Assembly (NCBI GenBank): GCA_031254615.1
Contig: JAIRUC010000148.1
Coordinates: 1 to 41,165 of the forward strand
Length of the DNA: 41,165 nt
Reading direction: 5' to 3'
Source of the DNA: Treponema sp.
Lineage (GTDB): Bacteria; Spirochaetota; Spirochaetia; Treponematales; Breznakiellaceae
The position numbers and the translations under genes are program-made. How positions within the stretch are numbered: position 1 is the first letter of the stretch; each line of letters begins with the position of its first letter. Below the pieces are notes generated by a model, which worked only from the letters and a program-made list of their open reading frames with translations, was not told the DNA's origin and did not search any database. This document shows positions 9,172-18,897 of the stretch, one piece after another.

Positions 9172-10980
9172 CTAATCAATTAATGCTCCGACTTTTAACT
9201 CGTTGACGGTGAAAGTAATAGTTTTATCGAGTTCACTGTTATCTGAAACAGCCAAATCCCATTGGAAAAGAAGTTCTATTGTCTTATGTTCGGTATCGCT
9301 TGCCGTACCTCCCCATGTATTTCCATTCCAGAAGAGTGTAACAGTATCTCCCGAAACATTACTTATTATTTGTGAAACATATCCGTCCTGCACTGCATTG
9401 CCGGCATCATACGCTGTTGCCATTAATCTGTCCGGCGTCACCTCATTATCTTCTGACAGAGTTACGGACAAGTAGTAGCCGCCCGTGAATAATTTACCAT
9501 CGGCATTTGTAAAATTATATAAACATTGGTTGTATGTATCATTCCAGTTTGCGGCAATTGCGCCTGTTGTTATTGGGCTGCTGTTAGAATAAAAGTCAAC
9601 AAAATCGTCCCATGGTTTGCTCGTATCCGCCACATTTTGTGCAACCAGTATCTTGTTTACGGTAAAGGTATATAGCGCGTCTTCTTGACCCGCATACCAA
9701 TAAATATCAAGCATAATTCCCGTATAAACAGATGTTGAGTCGTCGTTGTTCCAAGTTAAATCAACCCGCCCTGCAAGGTAAGAACCATCCGGGGCCTCTG
9801 CCAGATCAGAAGCAGACCAATCTCCATCATCCGCCGGAGAATTTATAGCTAACGCGTATATTTTTTGCGGTTTAACCGAATCGTCAGGCAGGTCTACAGA
9901 CAGATAATAGCCGTTTTTATATTTAAATTCATCGCCGTAAAGACGTACCAGGCTTCTGCCGCCGCCGCCGGAAGTGGTTATAACGGTTACAATATTTCCG
10001 CTGATAGTGTTATCTGCATCCCATGGGAAAAAACTCGCGTTGAGGGTTTCTGTGCCGGGGAACGTTACCCAATCGTCCGGTTCAGGTATCGGATCGGGCG
10101 TATATGATTCTTCAAATAAAGGCGGCGTTAAATCTTCACCTGTAGTAATGAGTAATTTTTTTAAGATGAAATCATAATATCCGTCTTCTTCCTTATTATG
10201 CCACACAATTGTAATAAAAATACTTTTCAGCAGTGTGTTGAGGTCATCTCTGGCAAAAGCAATTTCACCTGACAAATACACGTCATCAAGAGTTGGTTTA
10301 TATGCTCCTTCATGATTTACATCGTAAATAGTCTGCCAATCTTGTCCGTCATCATTTTTTGAACCTGTAGCGCCCATTACAAGAGCCGCAATGGGCTTGT
10401 GTACTGTGTTCGCAGGAAAATCCGCCAACAGATAATACCCATGTTTGAACATATAGTCTAGACTGTTAAATGAAATTATAGAAATGCCGCCGGGATTTGT
10501 TTTGATTGAAACTGTGTAAGTCCCGTCTGTGTTTGCTTCAATCGCGCCGACATTTCCCATTCCGGCAAAGGTACTGTACATCCACTCTTCGGGGTCTGTC
10601 CCGGCATAATAATTTTTGTAGCCGGCGGCAGGCTCGGTCGGATTGTCATCAGGCCCCCAAGGCTTCAAGTCCAAACCGCCGTCTTCTTTAGCTGACCATT
10701 TTGCTTTCAGAGTAACGGAATTGTTGAGAGGCGTCGTCGCTGTTACTTTTTTCTCGACGTCATACCAGCCAAGAAAAGTATACGCGTCATTTCCTGACAT
10801 TTCCGGATATTTAGCGCCCAATGTACCGCCTTTGGCGATGGTAACTTTGTCCGGTTTGACCCCTGGGCCGCCGTTCAGATCAAAACTGATCGTAATATCA
10901 TCGCTGGTAGAACCGTTGGAACAGTTTATCATCGCAAATACGGTCAGTAACACTAAAACGCTGGTTAATACTTTTTTCAT
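9172..10980 (-). CDS. Acidic lipoprotein: one InlB B-repeat followed by three copies of an unassigned beta-rich domain
   Basis: SD ggagg before ATG10980; lipobox MINC; ISFDLNGG...FLGWY...TLKAKW B-repeat; GYYL[S/L] motif three times. Confidence 0.7.
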   Translation of the reverse strand: MKKVLTSVLVLLTVFAMINCSNGSTSDDITISFDLNGGPGVKPDKVTIAKGGTLGAKYPEMSGNDAYTFLGWYDVEKKVTATTPLNNSVTLKAKWSAKEDGGLDLKPWGPDDNPTEPAAGYKNYYAGTDPEEWMYSTFAGMGNVGAIEANTDGTYTVSIKTNPGGISIISFNSLDYMFKHGYYLLADFPANTVHKPIAALVMGATGSKNDDGQDWQTIYDVNHEGAYKPTLDDVYLSGEIAFARDDLNTLLKSIFITIVWHNKEEDGYYDFILKKLLITTGEDLTPPLFEESYTPDPIPEPDDWVTFPGTETLNASFFPWDADNTISGNIVTVITTSGGGGRSLVRLYGDEFKYKNGYYLSVDLPDDSVKPQKIYALAINSPADDGDWSASDLAEAPDGSYLAGRVDLTWNNDDSTSVYTGIMLDIYWYAGQEDALYTFTVNKILVAQNVADTSKPWDDFVDFYSNSSPITTGAIAANWNDTYNQCLYNFTNADGKLFTGGYYLSVTLSEDNEVTPDRLMATAYDAGNAVQDGYVSQIISNVSGDTVTLFWNGNTWGGTASDTEHKTIELLFQWDLAVSDNSELDKTITFTVNELKVGALID

Positions 10981-11062
10981 AGTCTTCCTCCAAGAAACTT
11001 TTTGGGGAATACTGTCCCTTACAGCCATATTTTTTTAGCGGGCAACGCTCGCTTTTTCACCA

Positions 11063-12220
11063 TTATTTTTTTTCAACATATTTATCCGGAAGGTTCAACG
11101 TACAGGAAAAGCGATCGATATTGGCGAAAGTTTGTGTTGTTCCCGGAATGACAAGCTTTACTCCGGTAAAACTACCGTCATATTTTATGATTGATGTTTT
11201 TATTTTGTATCTGTAAGTGATCGGGTTACCGATAATTCTTATTTCCTCTATTTCCGCTTGTCCGTTTTCAACTTTGGCGCTCTGATTCATCGCTCCGGTA
11301 ATAAGATTGACATCAGTACCAGAATACAGGCCTGCGTTTCGTATTTCAAATTCAATTTGTTTGCCAACGTCCGTATCAGGAACTTTCAGATTTATGCGCA
11401 ATGCGTTGGTATTTATTACCGGAATAGCACTCTCCATCTTTCTTGAATCAAAGCGTTGATCATAATTTGCAAGAATGAAATTTCTCGTAACGGGACCAAG
11501 TTCGGGGTCTGTCTTTTGTAATTCTTCTATGATAGGTTCAAATTTATTTGCCGCATCTCCCTCGCGGTAGACTTCGGCGTTGGTTACAACACTCTCCGGC
11601 GGCTTGCCGTTGGCGCCTCCTGCAAAATCCAAAGTAAACTCATAATAGTCATCGGGGTCGGAAACTTTACTGAAGTACAGATACAAAAAAACCGTAATAT
11701 ACGGCCTGCCTCTTGGATCGGGATTAAGATAGTTAATTCCCTCGTTGGTCATAGTAAAAGTACCGATTGCCACTCCGTTACGGAAAACAGCCTCGCCCAT
11801 CAGATCGGAAGCGGTGGGATAATCAGCGTCCGTATTTCCGTCCATTAAGCGGGAAGCGCAGGCATAAACGCGGTAGGGCTTATCCGCTATCGCAGGATCA
11901 TCGGGAAAGGTGCAGGTAATTTTGAAAAACTCGGAAAATTCAAATGAACCGGTAATGAACATCGCCGACGGCACATTGGACGGCTCTCTCCGCCTCATCC
12001 TGACATGATAGCTGCCATCCTCATTTTTGCTTATCATTCCCGCATTATCGCCGGTTACATCCTGCCCGCCGCGCTGATAGTAAAAACTTGCCCCAAGAAT
12101 TTCAGCTTCGGGAAAGGGAGTGTACATATCCTCAACGGTATAGATAACCTCCCTGATACAAGATGTTATGAGAAATAATAATAATACTGCCACGCCGCAT
12201 GGCGCGAACCCTCTTTTCAT
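11063..12220 (-). CDS. Uncharacterised lipoprotein whose N-terminal domain resembles the neighbour's repeat
   Basis: SD ggagg before ATG12220; lipobox ITSC; NAGMISKNEDGSYHV resembles NVGAIEANTDGTYTV. Confidence 0.65.
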   Translation of the reverse strand: MKRGFAPCGVAVLLLFLITSCIREVIYTVEDMYTPFPEAEILGASFYYQRGGQDVTGDNAGMISKNEDGSYHVRMRRREPSNVPSAMFITGSFEFSEFFKITCTFPDDPAIADKPYRVYACASRLMDGNTDADYPTASDLMGEAVFRNGVAIGTFTMTNEGINYLNPDPRGRPYITVFLYLYFSKVSDPDDYYEFTLDFAGGANGKPPESVVTNAEVYREGDAANKFEPIIEELQKTDPELGPVTRNFILANYDQRFDSRKMESAIPVINTNALRINLKVPDTDVGKQIEFEIRNAGLYSGTDVNLITGAMNQSAKVENGQAEIEEIRIIGNPITYRYKIKTSIIKYDGSFTGVKLVIPGTTQTFANIDRFSCTLNLPDKYVEKK

Positions 12221-12234
12221 TTGATTCCTCCCGG

Positions 12235-13452
12235 CTAGAATGAATAGGTGATCCATGCGGGAATGGACATCCCCCATTCCTGGCTTTCGTTCATCGGAGC
12301 ATTTGCGTAAAAACCTATACGGAAATTGCCATGACCGTAATTTTTTTGACCGTATAAACCAAAGCCAAGGGCTTTTTTGTCGTTAAGTCCTTCTTCATCA
12401 CCTAACTGCATGCCGTAGCTGAAATCCGCTCCAACATCACAAAAATCAAAACTGTAACTTGGATAAATGTTAAACGCTACTTGCGGCGCGCTGGTAACTC
12501 TGTCGCCTTTCGAAACTTTAGCGTTACCTGCAAAATGTCCGTCTATGGCAAAACCAAGTTTGAACTTATCGATGCCCGTATACATTATGCCCAGCGCAAT
12601 GTACAGAGGATTTTCCAGAGAGAAGCCGGGTTGTTCCAGAATCCCGGGATGTTCTTCCCGGCTTAATTTGACACCGATATCCACGAGTAACCCGGGAATC
12701 ATGCTCAGCGCAAAAGCCGCTTCAAGGCGTCTGTCGTAAGAAAAATCCCAATTCTGCGCCGCATTGCCGACTTTGCCGGCAGGATCGGTAGAACCGCCGC
12801 CGATATAGCCAAAGCGGAGATGGCAAAAATCGTTTATTTCATACCCAATCGCCGCATGGATACCCTTGTATACATCCTCCGCCTTCAGGCCGCTGTTGAG
12901 CGTGTATTCGGGAGCGAGCGCCGCGCCGATAAACAGGCCGGGAGCGAAACGGGGTGTTATTTCCAAAATGACGCCCATCTTGCTCAGATTGAAGCGGCTG
13001 AATATGCCGTCCCCGTCACTGATCATCACAATAGGTTCGTTTTTTCCGTTTGGCTCGGTAAGCTGGGTGATGCGTCCCCTCGCGTAAGCATAGCCGCCGG
13101 TACTGCTGTCAACCTTGCCACGCAGAGTGGAAACCCGCCCCAGACCGATATGCAGCTTGAAGTCCGGACCCGGCTTCCACCATACTTTTGCGTTGCCTAT
13201 CTGGTTGAATTGCACCGCGTTTACAATAACGCCCACATCAACGCCGATATTTGTGGAGGAGGCGGAAAACGCAAATTCAAAATCAGGCTGATCGCCGTAC
13301 GATGCCTGAACAGTGGATCGCAGTTCGTCATTTTTATAATCATAAAACAACGGGACCCACACCGCTCGTCCCCAGCCGTTCATCCGCATCTGTGAAAATC
13401 CCGGCGCCGCCAGACACACGGTCAATATTAATGCGCATAACACTTTTTTCAT
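12235..13452 (-). CDS. Putative outer-membrane beta-barrel/porin (treponemal Msp-like)
   Basis: Cleavable signal peptide, Gly/aromatic alternating strands, C-terminal WITYSF. Confidence 0.65.
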   Translation of the reverse strand: MKKVLCALILTVCLAAPGFSQMRMNGWGRAVWVPLFYDYKNDELRSTVQASYGDQPDFEFAFSASSTNIGVDVGVIVNAVQFNQIGNAKVWWKPGPDFKLHIGLGRVSTLRGKVDSSTGGYAYARGRITQLTEPNGKNEPIVMISDGDGIFSRFNLSKMGVILEITPRFAPGLFIGAALAPEYTLNSGLKAEDVYKGIHAAIGYEINDFCHLRFGYIGGGSTDPAGKVGNAAQNWDFSYDRRLEAAFALSMIPGLLVDIGVKLSREEHPGILEQPGFSLENPLYIALGIMYTGIDKFKLGFAIDGHFAGNAKVSKGDRVTSAPQVAFNIYPSYSFDFCDVGADFSYGMQLGDEEGLNDKKALGFGLYGQKNYGHGNFRIGFYANAPMNESQEWGMSIPAWITYSF

Positions 13453-13469
13453 ATAAGCCTCCTTTTTTA

Positions 13470-14705
13470 CTACTGGGCGTTTTCGGCCAAAACTTTCATC
13501 AGCTCTGCTTCCATGTCGTGTCCGTATTCCCAGACAAATACTCCGCCGAGTTTTTTCTCTTTTACAAAATCAGTCAGCAGTTTTATCTGCTGCTGATCGG
13601 TGTAGCTGATCCATATATCGCCGTTGTAAATATACGGCGCTTTTGCTATATCGTCCCAGTAACGTTTGTAGCCGGAGCCGGGCTGTAGAAACTTTTTAAC
13701 TTCGGTCCAGCTTATAGAACCTTCATCAAAAGGTTGAGATTTTGGCACGGACTTGTATGGCTGATATAAACCGGGAGTATCCTCATAATCACCGGCAGTG
13801 ACGCCCTGCCATGCGTGTCCGTAAAATCCCACGCCCAACATTATTTTTTCCGGCGGCACTCCCGCCCAAAGATATTCATCTAATGCCTGCTCGGTACTCC
13901 AGCCGCCCCACGCCGGATCATGGGGGTTGTTGGACAGATTTGTGTGATGGCCGGTGGTAGCGCTCCATCCGCCGTAATAGTCGTAAGACATGAGTTTGAG
14001 CGAGTCTACAATTCCGGCCGCCGCTTTTATATCATTTGCTTTGGGAAACCAGCCGCTGGCGGGGACTGCTGTGGAAAGTCCGTAACGCTTACCGGTTTTT
14101 ATGCCCAGTTCGTCCAGCGCATTACGCAAATCCCGCAGGAGAGTGATATAATTCTGTTTGTCGGCAGGCCGCGATTTAATCTCCTGCCCCCACTCCGGCC
14201 CCACAGGATATTCCCAGTCTATGTCGATGCCGTCAAGATTGTAGCCCTCCAGCCATTTGCACACATTGGCGATAAAACTCTTTCGCAAATTTGAATCGTT
14301 TGCCATGTCGGAAAAACCGTCGGCGCCAAACCCGCCAACTGAAACGTTTACTTTAAGGTGTGGATACTTTTCTTTAAGCGAGGCGATTTCGTCCCAGATA
14401 TTGGTGAACATGGGGATATCCTCAAGCGGCCTCAGTTCGGGGATATAGGGGAGGGAAACGTCATTTTTATCCAGAAGAGCGAATGAAATGATAATATCGG
14501 TCAGGTATTCGCCCTTGATCATGCCGGCATTCCAGTAGGGGCTGCCTCCCTTCTGCGCCGCTTCCGGAATAGGCCATGTTCTTATGTAGCAGGAAACCCT
14601 GGGAGCGATTGCCGTTTCGTTATTTGTCATGCTTGCACAGCCGTAAAACCAAAGACATGCGCAAACAAGCGTAATCAATGAAAAATAAAAGATTCTTTTT
14701 GCCAT
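13470..14705 (-). CDS. GH18 chitinase lipoprotein
   Basis: SVGG, LDGIDIDWEYP catalytic motif, MSYDYYG, chitinase insertion domain, GGVFVWE; lipobox FYGC. Confidence 0.95.
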   Translation of the reverse strand: MAKRIFYFSLITLVCACLWFYGCASMTNNETAIAPRVSCYIRTWPIPEAAQKGGSPYWNAGMIKGEYLTDIIISFALLDKNDVSLPYIPELRPLEDIPMFTNIWDEIASLKEKYPHLKVNVSVGGFGADGFSDMANDSNLRKSFIANVCKWLEGYNLDGIDIDWEYPVGPEWGQEIKSRPADKQNYITLLRDLRNALDELGIKTGKRYGLSTAVPASGWFPKANDIKAAAGIVDSLKLMSYDYYGGWSATTGHHTNLSNNPHDPAWGGWSTEQALDEYLWAGVPPEKIMLGVGFYGHAWQGVTAGDYEDTPGLYQPYKSVPKSQPFDEGSISWTEVKKFLQPGSGYKRYWDDIAKAPYIYNGDIWISYTDQQQIKLLTDFVKEKKLGGVFVWEYGHDMEAELMKVLAENAQ

Positions 14706-14930
14706 AACAGACTCCTTACGAAAGAAATTAAGAGCGTTAGCGGCAATTTGAAGATAGTTAGGTGCTAGAAAAATGTGCGTATTTGTATGTATTTTTTATA
14801 GAACTATACAAGAATTATCTCCATGCGGTAAATTCTACCGCTCTTTGCCTGAAAATATATCCTTGTTATATCAGTTTGTCAATATTTTTTTTGTTAGCTG
14901 TCATTTTATGACCATTAGCGGTAAATTAAA

Positions 14931-14990
14931 CATTGCTCATTTTCCCCCGCTCTCTATTCACCGTTAACTGTTACTTGTTCACTGTTCACT
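14931..14990 (-). repeat. Degenerate 7-nt tandem repeat directly after the GH94 stop
   Basis: Minus strand reads acagtga acaagta acagtta acggtga atagaga gcggggg aaaatga gcaatg. Confidence 0.7.
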
Positions 14991-17381
14991 TCATCCCAAA
15001 ACCACCTCCACCCTGCAGCTTTCTCCCTTCCTGATTATTGGGATTATTTCCTGCTCTTTCCCGTTTATCAATATCTTTTTCACCCCTTTACTGATATGCC
15101 GTGGATTTTTTACCGTTATGTGATATTCGCCGCCGCGGAATCTTCTGACCGCGCCGAATCCGTCCCATCCGGGCGGAATACAGGGGTCAACAATAAGTTT
15201 GTCAAAATCGGGACGAATGCCTAAAATATACTGGGTTGCGGCGAAATAACTCCATCCGCCGGAGCCGGTCATAAAAGGATGATGCGCTTCGCCGAACGCA
15301 GGATGATCTTTTCCGGTAATGAATTGGCAGGTACTGTACGGCTCGGCTTTGCGTATATCACAGCGGTCGTTCCATGTAGCAGGGCATAGCTGGTTGTACA
15401 AAGCCATCGCCTTTTCGCCCCTGCCCAGTATACATTCGGCAATCCATGCCCAGGGATTTGGATGGCTGAAGATTGCGCCGTTTTCTTTCAACCCCGGATA
15501 CACACGGGTTACAAAACCGACATCGTCGTCAATAACCGTGTAAGCCGGAGCGTTAAGCATAAGTCCGTAGGGAGTACCCAAATACTTTTCTACCGAATCC
15601 ATTGCCAGTTTGCCGCGTGTTGCGCTGTCTGTACCGGCAATAACCGCCCAAGTGTTGCTTTCCAGATGAACCTTGCCCTGCGCATCAGCGTCCGTACCAA
15701 TTGGTCTGCCTGTTTTTGTAAAACCCCGCAGATACCACATACCGTCCCAAAGAACTTCACGGCACACAGCGGCGGTTTTTTTATGAATCTGTTTGAAATA
15801 AGCGGCGTCTTTTGTTCTTCCCAGAAATTCTGCAAGACGGATAAAGTTATCAAGCGCCCACAGATGCAGAAAACTGACCATCGCACTTTCGCCGCCGCCA
15901 AGGTTAAGACAGTCGTTCCAGTCCGCGCGCAAGCCCTGACAAATGCCGTGACTGCCTACCATGCGCTGTGAAAATTCGAGTATTTTTTTACAATGTTCGT
16001 ACACCGAATCAGGTTCGGCCTCCATGTCAGCGTAAGGCATGATCAGATCTGCAAAAGCGGTGTCACCTGTTTCCCGGATATATTCAACCACAGAAGAGAC
16101 CAGCCACAACGCGTCATCGCTGCAAGCGTCCTGCAGCCCGTGTATGACGGATTTTCTGCCCGGAGTAGGAATCACTGTGGGGCTTTTGAAGTTGTTTTTC
16201 TTTTTTCCCTCAAACCATTCAGGCTCAAAAAGGTGTAAGGCGTAACCTTCGCTTACCAGCGCTTTCAAAAGCTGTACCAGCCGCTCGCGGCATTTTTGCG
16301 GATTACTGGGAATTACACACATCGCGTCTTGTGAGGTGTCACGGTAACCAAGACCGGTGCGGCCTCCCACCTCTATAAAACTGGCAAAGCGGGAAAACAT
16401 CACGTTAATTTCGCTTTGATACAGCGTCCATATATTGAGCATGGTGTCCATATTGCTGTTAGGTGTATTTATTTGCAGCTGAGACTGTTTCTCACGCCAG
16501 TAAGCGCCAAGTTCTGACAAAACCGCGTCCCGCGCCTGAGGGGAAGCGAATTGTTTGCGTATGCGCAAACCTTCTTTGTGGTTTCCTTCGCCGAGCATAA
16601 AGCAGAGCCGTTCATTTCGCCCTGCGTCTATGGAAAATTTTTTATGCAGCGCGGCGCATTGGTTGCCGCCCTGCCAATTTGCTCTCCCGGCGAGTTCCCC
16701 TTTTTCTACCGCTTCAGGGTTGTTCTCACTTCGCCAAATACCTGTAAATCGTTCCCGCTCTGTCTCAAAGCCGTCTGCGTCAACATCCGATGTAAAAAAC
16801 TGAAAACTGTCTTCTTCGTAGTGAAGTTCCTGCTGAATGACGCCGTCTTTGTACGATGCGCCGGCGCAGTACAACGTAGACTGAAAATTTTTATTGTCGC
16901 CGTCAATTAGATGCCAACTCATCTCGGCGTATGAAAAAACGCTGATTTTTCTGGGTTTGCCGCTTCTGTTTTCAATTTTGATGTCCCACAATTCCGCATC
17001 GGCGCCGCGGGGGATAAACAGGGTCTGTTCCGCGAAAATGCCGCTGTATTCACACGAATACACCGAATAGGAAAGACCGTGCCGGGCTTTGTAACATTCA
17101 ACCGGCTTTGCCGTCGGATGCCAGCTTATACTCCAATAGTCGCCCGTTTCGTCGTCTCTGATATACACATAATGACCGGGACGGTCGGCGGGAACGGCGT
17201 TTCCCCTGAACCGGGTAATCCGGTGATGTTCCGCGCTTTTATAGAAAAGATACCCCCCGGCGGTTTGATTAAAAACACCCGCCATGTTTTCCGTACCTAT
17301 ATAATTAGTCCAGCTCATGGGCGTATCGACCCGTTCAATCACATATTCGCATTTTTCATTGTCAAAATAACCGTATTTCAT
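14991..17381 (-). CDS. chbP: GH94 N,N'-diacetylchitobiose phosphorylase
   Basis: MKYGYFDN N-terminus, SRFASFIEVGGRTGLGYRDT, RADWNDCLNLGGGES, KENGAIFSHPNPWAW, HPFMTGSGGW; chitin context. Confidence 0.9.
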   Translation of the reverse strand: MKYGYFDNEKCEYVIERVDTPMSWTNYIGTENMAGVFNQTAGGYLFYKSAEHHRITRFRGNAVPADRPGHYVYIRDDETGDYWSISWHPTAKPVECYKARHGLSYSVYSCEYSGIFAEQTLFIPRGADAELWDIKIENRSGKPRKISVFSYAEMSWHLIDGDNKNFQSTLYCAGASYKDGVIQQELHYEEDSFQFFTSDVDADGFETERERFTGIWRSENNPEAVEKGELAGRANWQGGNQCAALHKKFSIDAGRNERLCFMLGEGNHKEGLRIRKQFASPQARDAVLSELGAYWREKQSQLQINTPNSNMDTMLNIWTLYQSEINVMFSRFASFIEVGGRTGLGYRDTSQDAMCVIPSNPQKCRERLVQLLKALVSEGYALHLFEPEWFEGKKKNNFKSPTVIPTPGRKSVIHGLQDACSDDALWLVSSVVEYIRETGDTAFADLIMPYADMEAEPDSVYEHCKKILEFSQRMVGSHGICQGLRADWNDCLNLGGGESAMVSFLHLWALDNFIRLAEFLGRTKDAAYFKQIHKKTAAVCREVLWDGMWYLRGFTKTGRPIGTDADAQGKVHLESNTWAVIAGTDSATRGKLAMDSVEKYLGTPYGLMLNAPAYTVIDDDVGFVTRVYPGLKENGAIFSHPNPWAWIAECILGRGEKAMALYNQLCPATWNDRCDIRKAEPYSTCQFITGKDHPAFGEAHHPFMTGSGGWSYFAATQYILGIRPDFDKLIVDPCIPPGWDGFGAVRRFRGGEYHITVKNPRHISKGVKKILINGKEQEIIPIIRKGESCRVEVVLG

Positions 17382-17387
17382 GAGTTG

Positions 17388-17466
17388 ATATTGACACCTA
17401 ATGCGTTAGGTGTCAATATTTTTCTTTAAATTTTTATTGACACCTAACAGAAAATGGAAATACAAT
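17388..17466. promoter_or_regulatory. Divergent promoters with palindromic operator-like site
   Basis: ATATTGACACCTAA-tgcg-TTAGGTGTCAATAT (17388-17419, perfect 14-bp arms); third half-site 17435-17447; TTGACA-18-TACAAT on + strand. Confidence 0.75.
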
Positions 17467-17485
17467 AATTCAGGAGGACTAGTAT

Positions 17486-18853
17486 ATGATTAATAAAATG
17501 AAAATTATGAGCTTTATTCTTGTTGCATTGGCAGTCGTATTTGTTATTGCGACTGTATTTGTATTAAACGGCTGTAAAAAGAAAGATAGGGCAGACGGAA
17601 AAACCGTGATAACTGTCTTAAATTACACTGATTTAACGACAGCTAACGCGGCTCCGGCCCAAAAATGGCAATGGGACACTTTTCTGGCGGCAAATCCGGA
17701 CGTAGCTCTCCAGAAGGAAGACCTTTACAATGAACCTTTTCACGAGAAAGCCGCAGCCTATGCCGCATCGGGAAATGTTCCGGATGTGCTGTTTGTCTGG
17801 CCGGCGGGGCGCTCGACTCCGTTACACGAAAAGAGGCTGCTGAAAGACCTTATGCCCTTTATCCAAAGGGAAAATCTGCGAAGCAGGTACCTGCCATTAG
17901 TCCTGGATACAAGTTTGCAGGCTTCCGGTTATCTGGCTATGATTCCACAGGCTCTTACCGCCAGCCACGCGTTTTTTGTAAACTTGGAAGTACTGAACGC
18001 CTGCGGACTGAAGCCCGCGAAGACTTATGATGAGCTCAAGGCGCAGGTTCCATTATTAAAAGCCAAAGGTTATGAGACTGTGATTATGCCTAATAAGGAC
18101 ACTTGGGTTATGCAGAGTTGTCTGTTTTCCATGATCGCCGGACGTTTCTGCGGAGAAGGCTGGGAAAATAAGATTCTTTCAGGGCAGACAAAATTTACCG
18201 ACAGCGACTTTGTCGCGGCTCTTGACTTTATCAGACAGCTCTACGCGGACGGAGTACTTGCTCCCTCATCTTTGGGCATAGACTACGGAGAAGGTCCCGG
18301 TTTGTTTTCAACTAACAAAGGCGCCTATTACATAGACGGTGACTGGCGGGTAGGAGATTTTCTTACCAACAGAGAAACCGGCGAAGCGCTGTTTACTTCC
18401 GCCCGGCAAAAGAACCTCATGATTACGGTATTCCCCGACATCGCCGGCGCGAAGATCAACAAATCTAACTCGACCGTTTTGGGTACAGGCTGGGCGATGA
18501 GCGCTTCTATCCCAGCCGGCTCCGAGCGGGAAGACGCGGCATGGCGGCTCATTAAGTGGCTGTCGGGGGTGGATGTTGAAACGCGTATGCTGGTAGACGG
18601 AGGGCTCTCGACTCCTTCGCGCACGGATATCGACTACAGCAAATTAGACCTTGAACCGTTGCAGATAATGGTCGGAAATCTGGGCAAAGAGTACAAAACC
18701 GCCACTGTCGTTATTGACGACGTATTCCACGCCGATGTGTACAACCCGATCAACGACGGCCTTGTGGAACTGGGCCTGCGCACCAAGACGGCAGCGCAGG
18801 TAGCCGCCGAAACTCAGAAGGCTTTTGACACATGGAAGGCCGCTAATAGGTAG
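17486..18853 (+). CDS. Sugar ABC transporter solute-binding lipoprotein, probably chito-oligosaccharide
   Basis: Lipobox LNGC; SBP family-1 motifs (ASGNVPDVL, DFVAALD, YIDGDW); substrate inferred from context. Confidence 0.85.
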   Translation: MINKMKIMSFILVALAVVFVIATVFVLNGCKKKDRADGKTVITVLNYTDLTTANAAPAQKWQWDTFLAANPDVALQKEDLYNEPFHEKAAAYAASGNVPDVLFVWPAGRSTPLHEKRLLKDLMPFIQRENLRSRYLPLVLDTSLQASGYLAMIPQALTASHAFFVNLEVLNACGLKPAKTYDELKAQVPLLKAKGYETVIMPNKDTWVMQSCLFSMIAGRFCGEGWENKILSGQTKFTDSDFVAALDFIRQLYADGVLAPSSLGIDYGEGPGLFSTNKGAYYIDGDWRVGDFLTNRETGEALFTSARQKNLMITVFPDIAGAKINKSNSTVLGTGWAMSASIPAGSEREDAAWRLIKWLSGVDVETRMLVDGGLSTPSRTDIDYSKLDLEPLQIMVGNLGKEYKTATVVIDDVFHADVYNPINDGLVELGLRTKTAAQVAAETQKAFDTWKAANR

Positions 18854-18897
18854 AGAAGTCATTGTTGTTATGTGAAAATTGATAAGGGGTAAGATTG

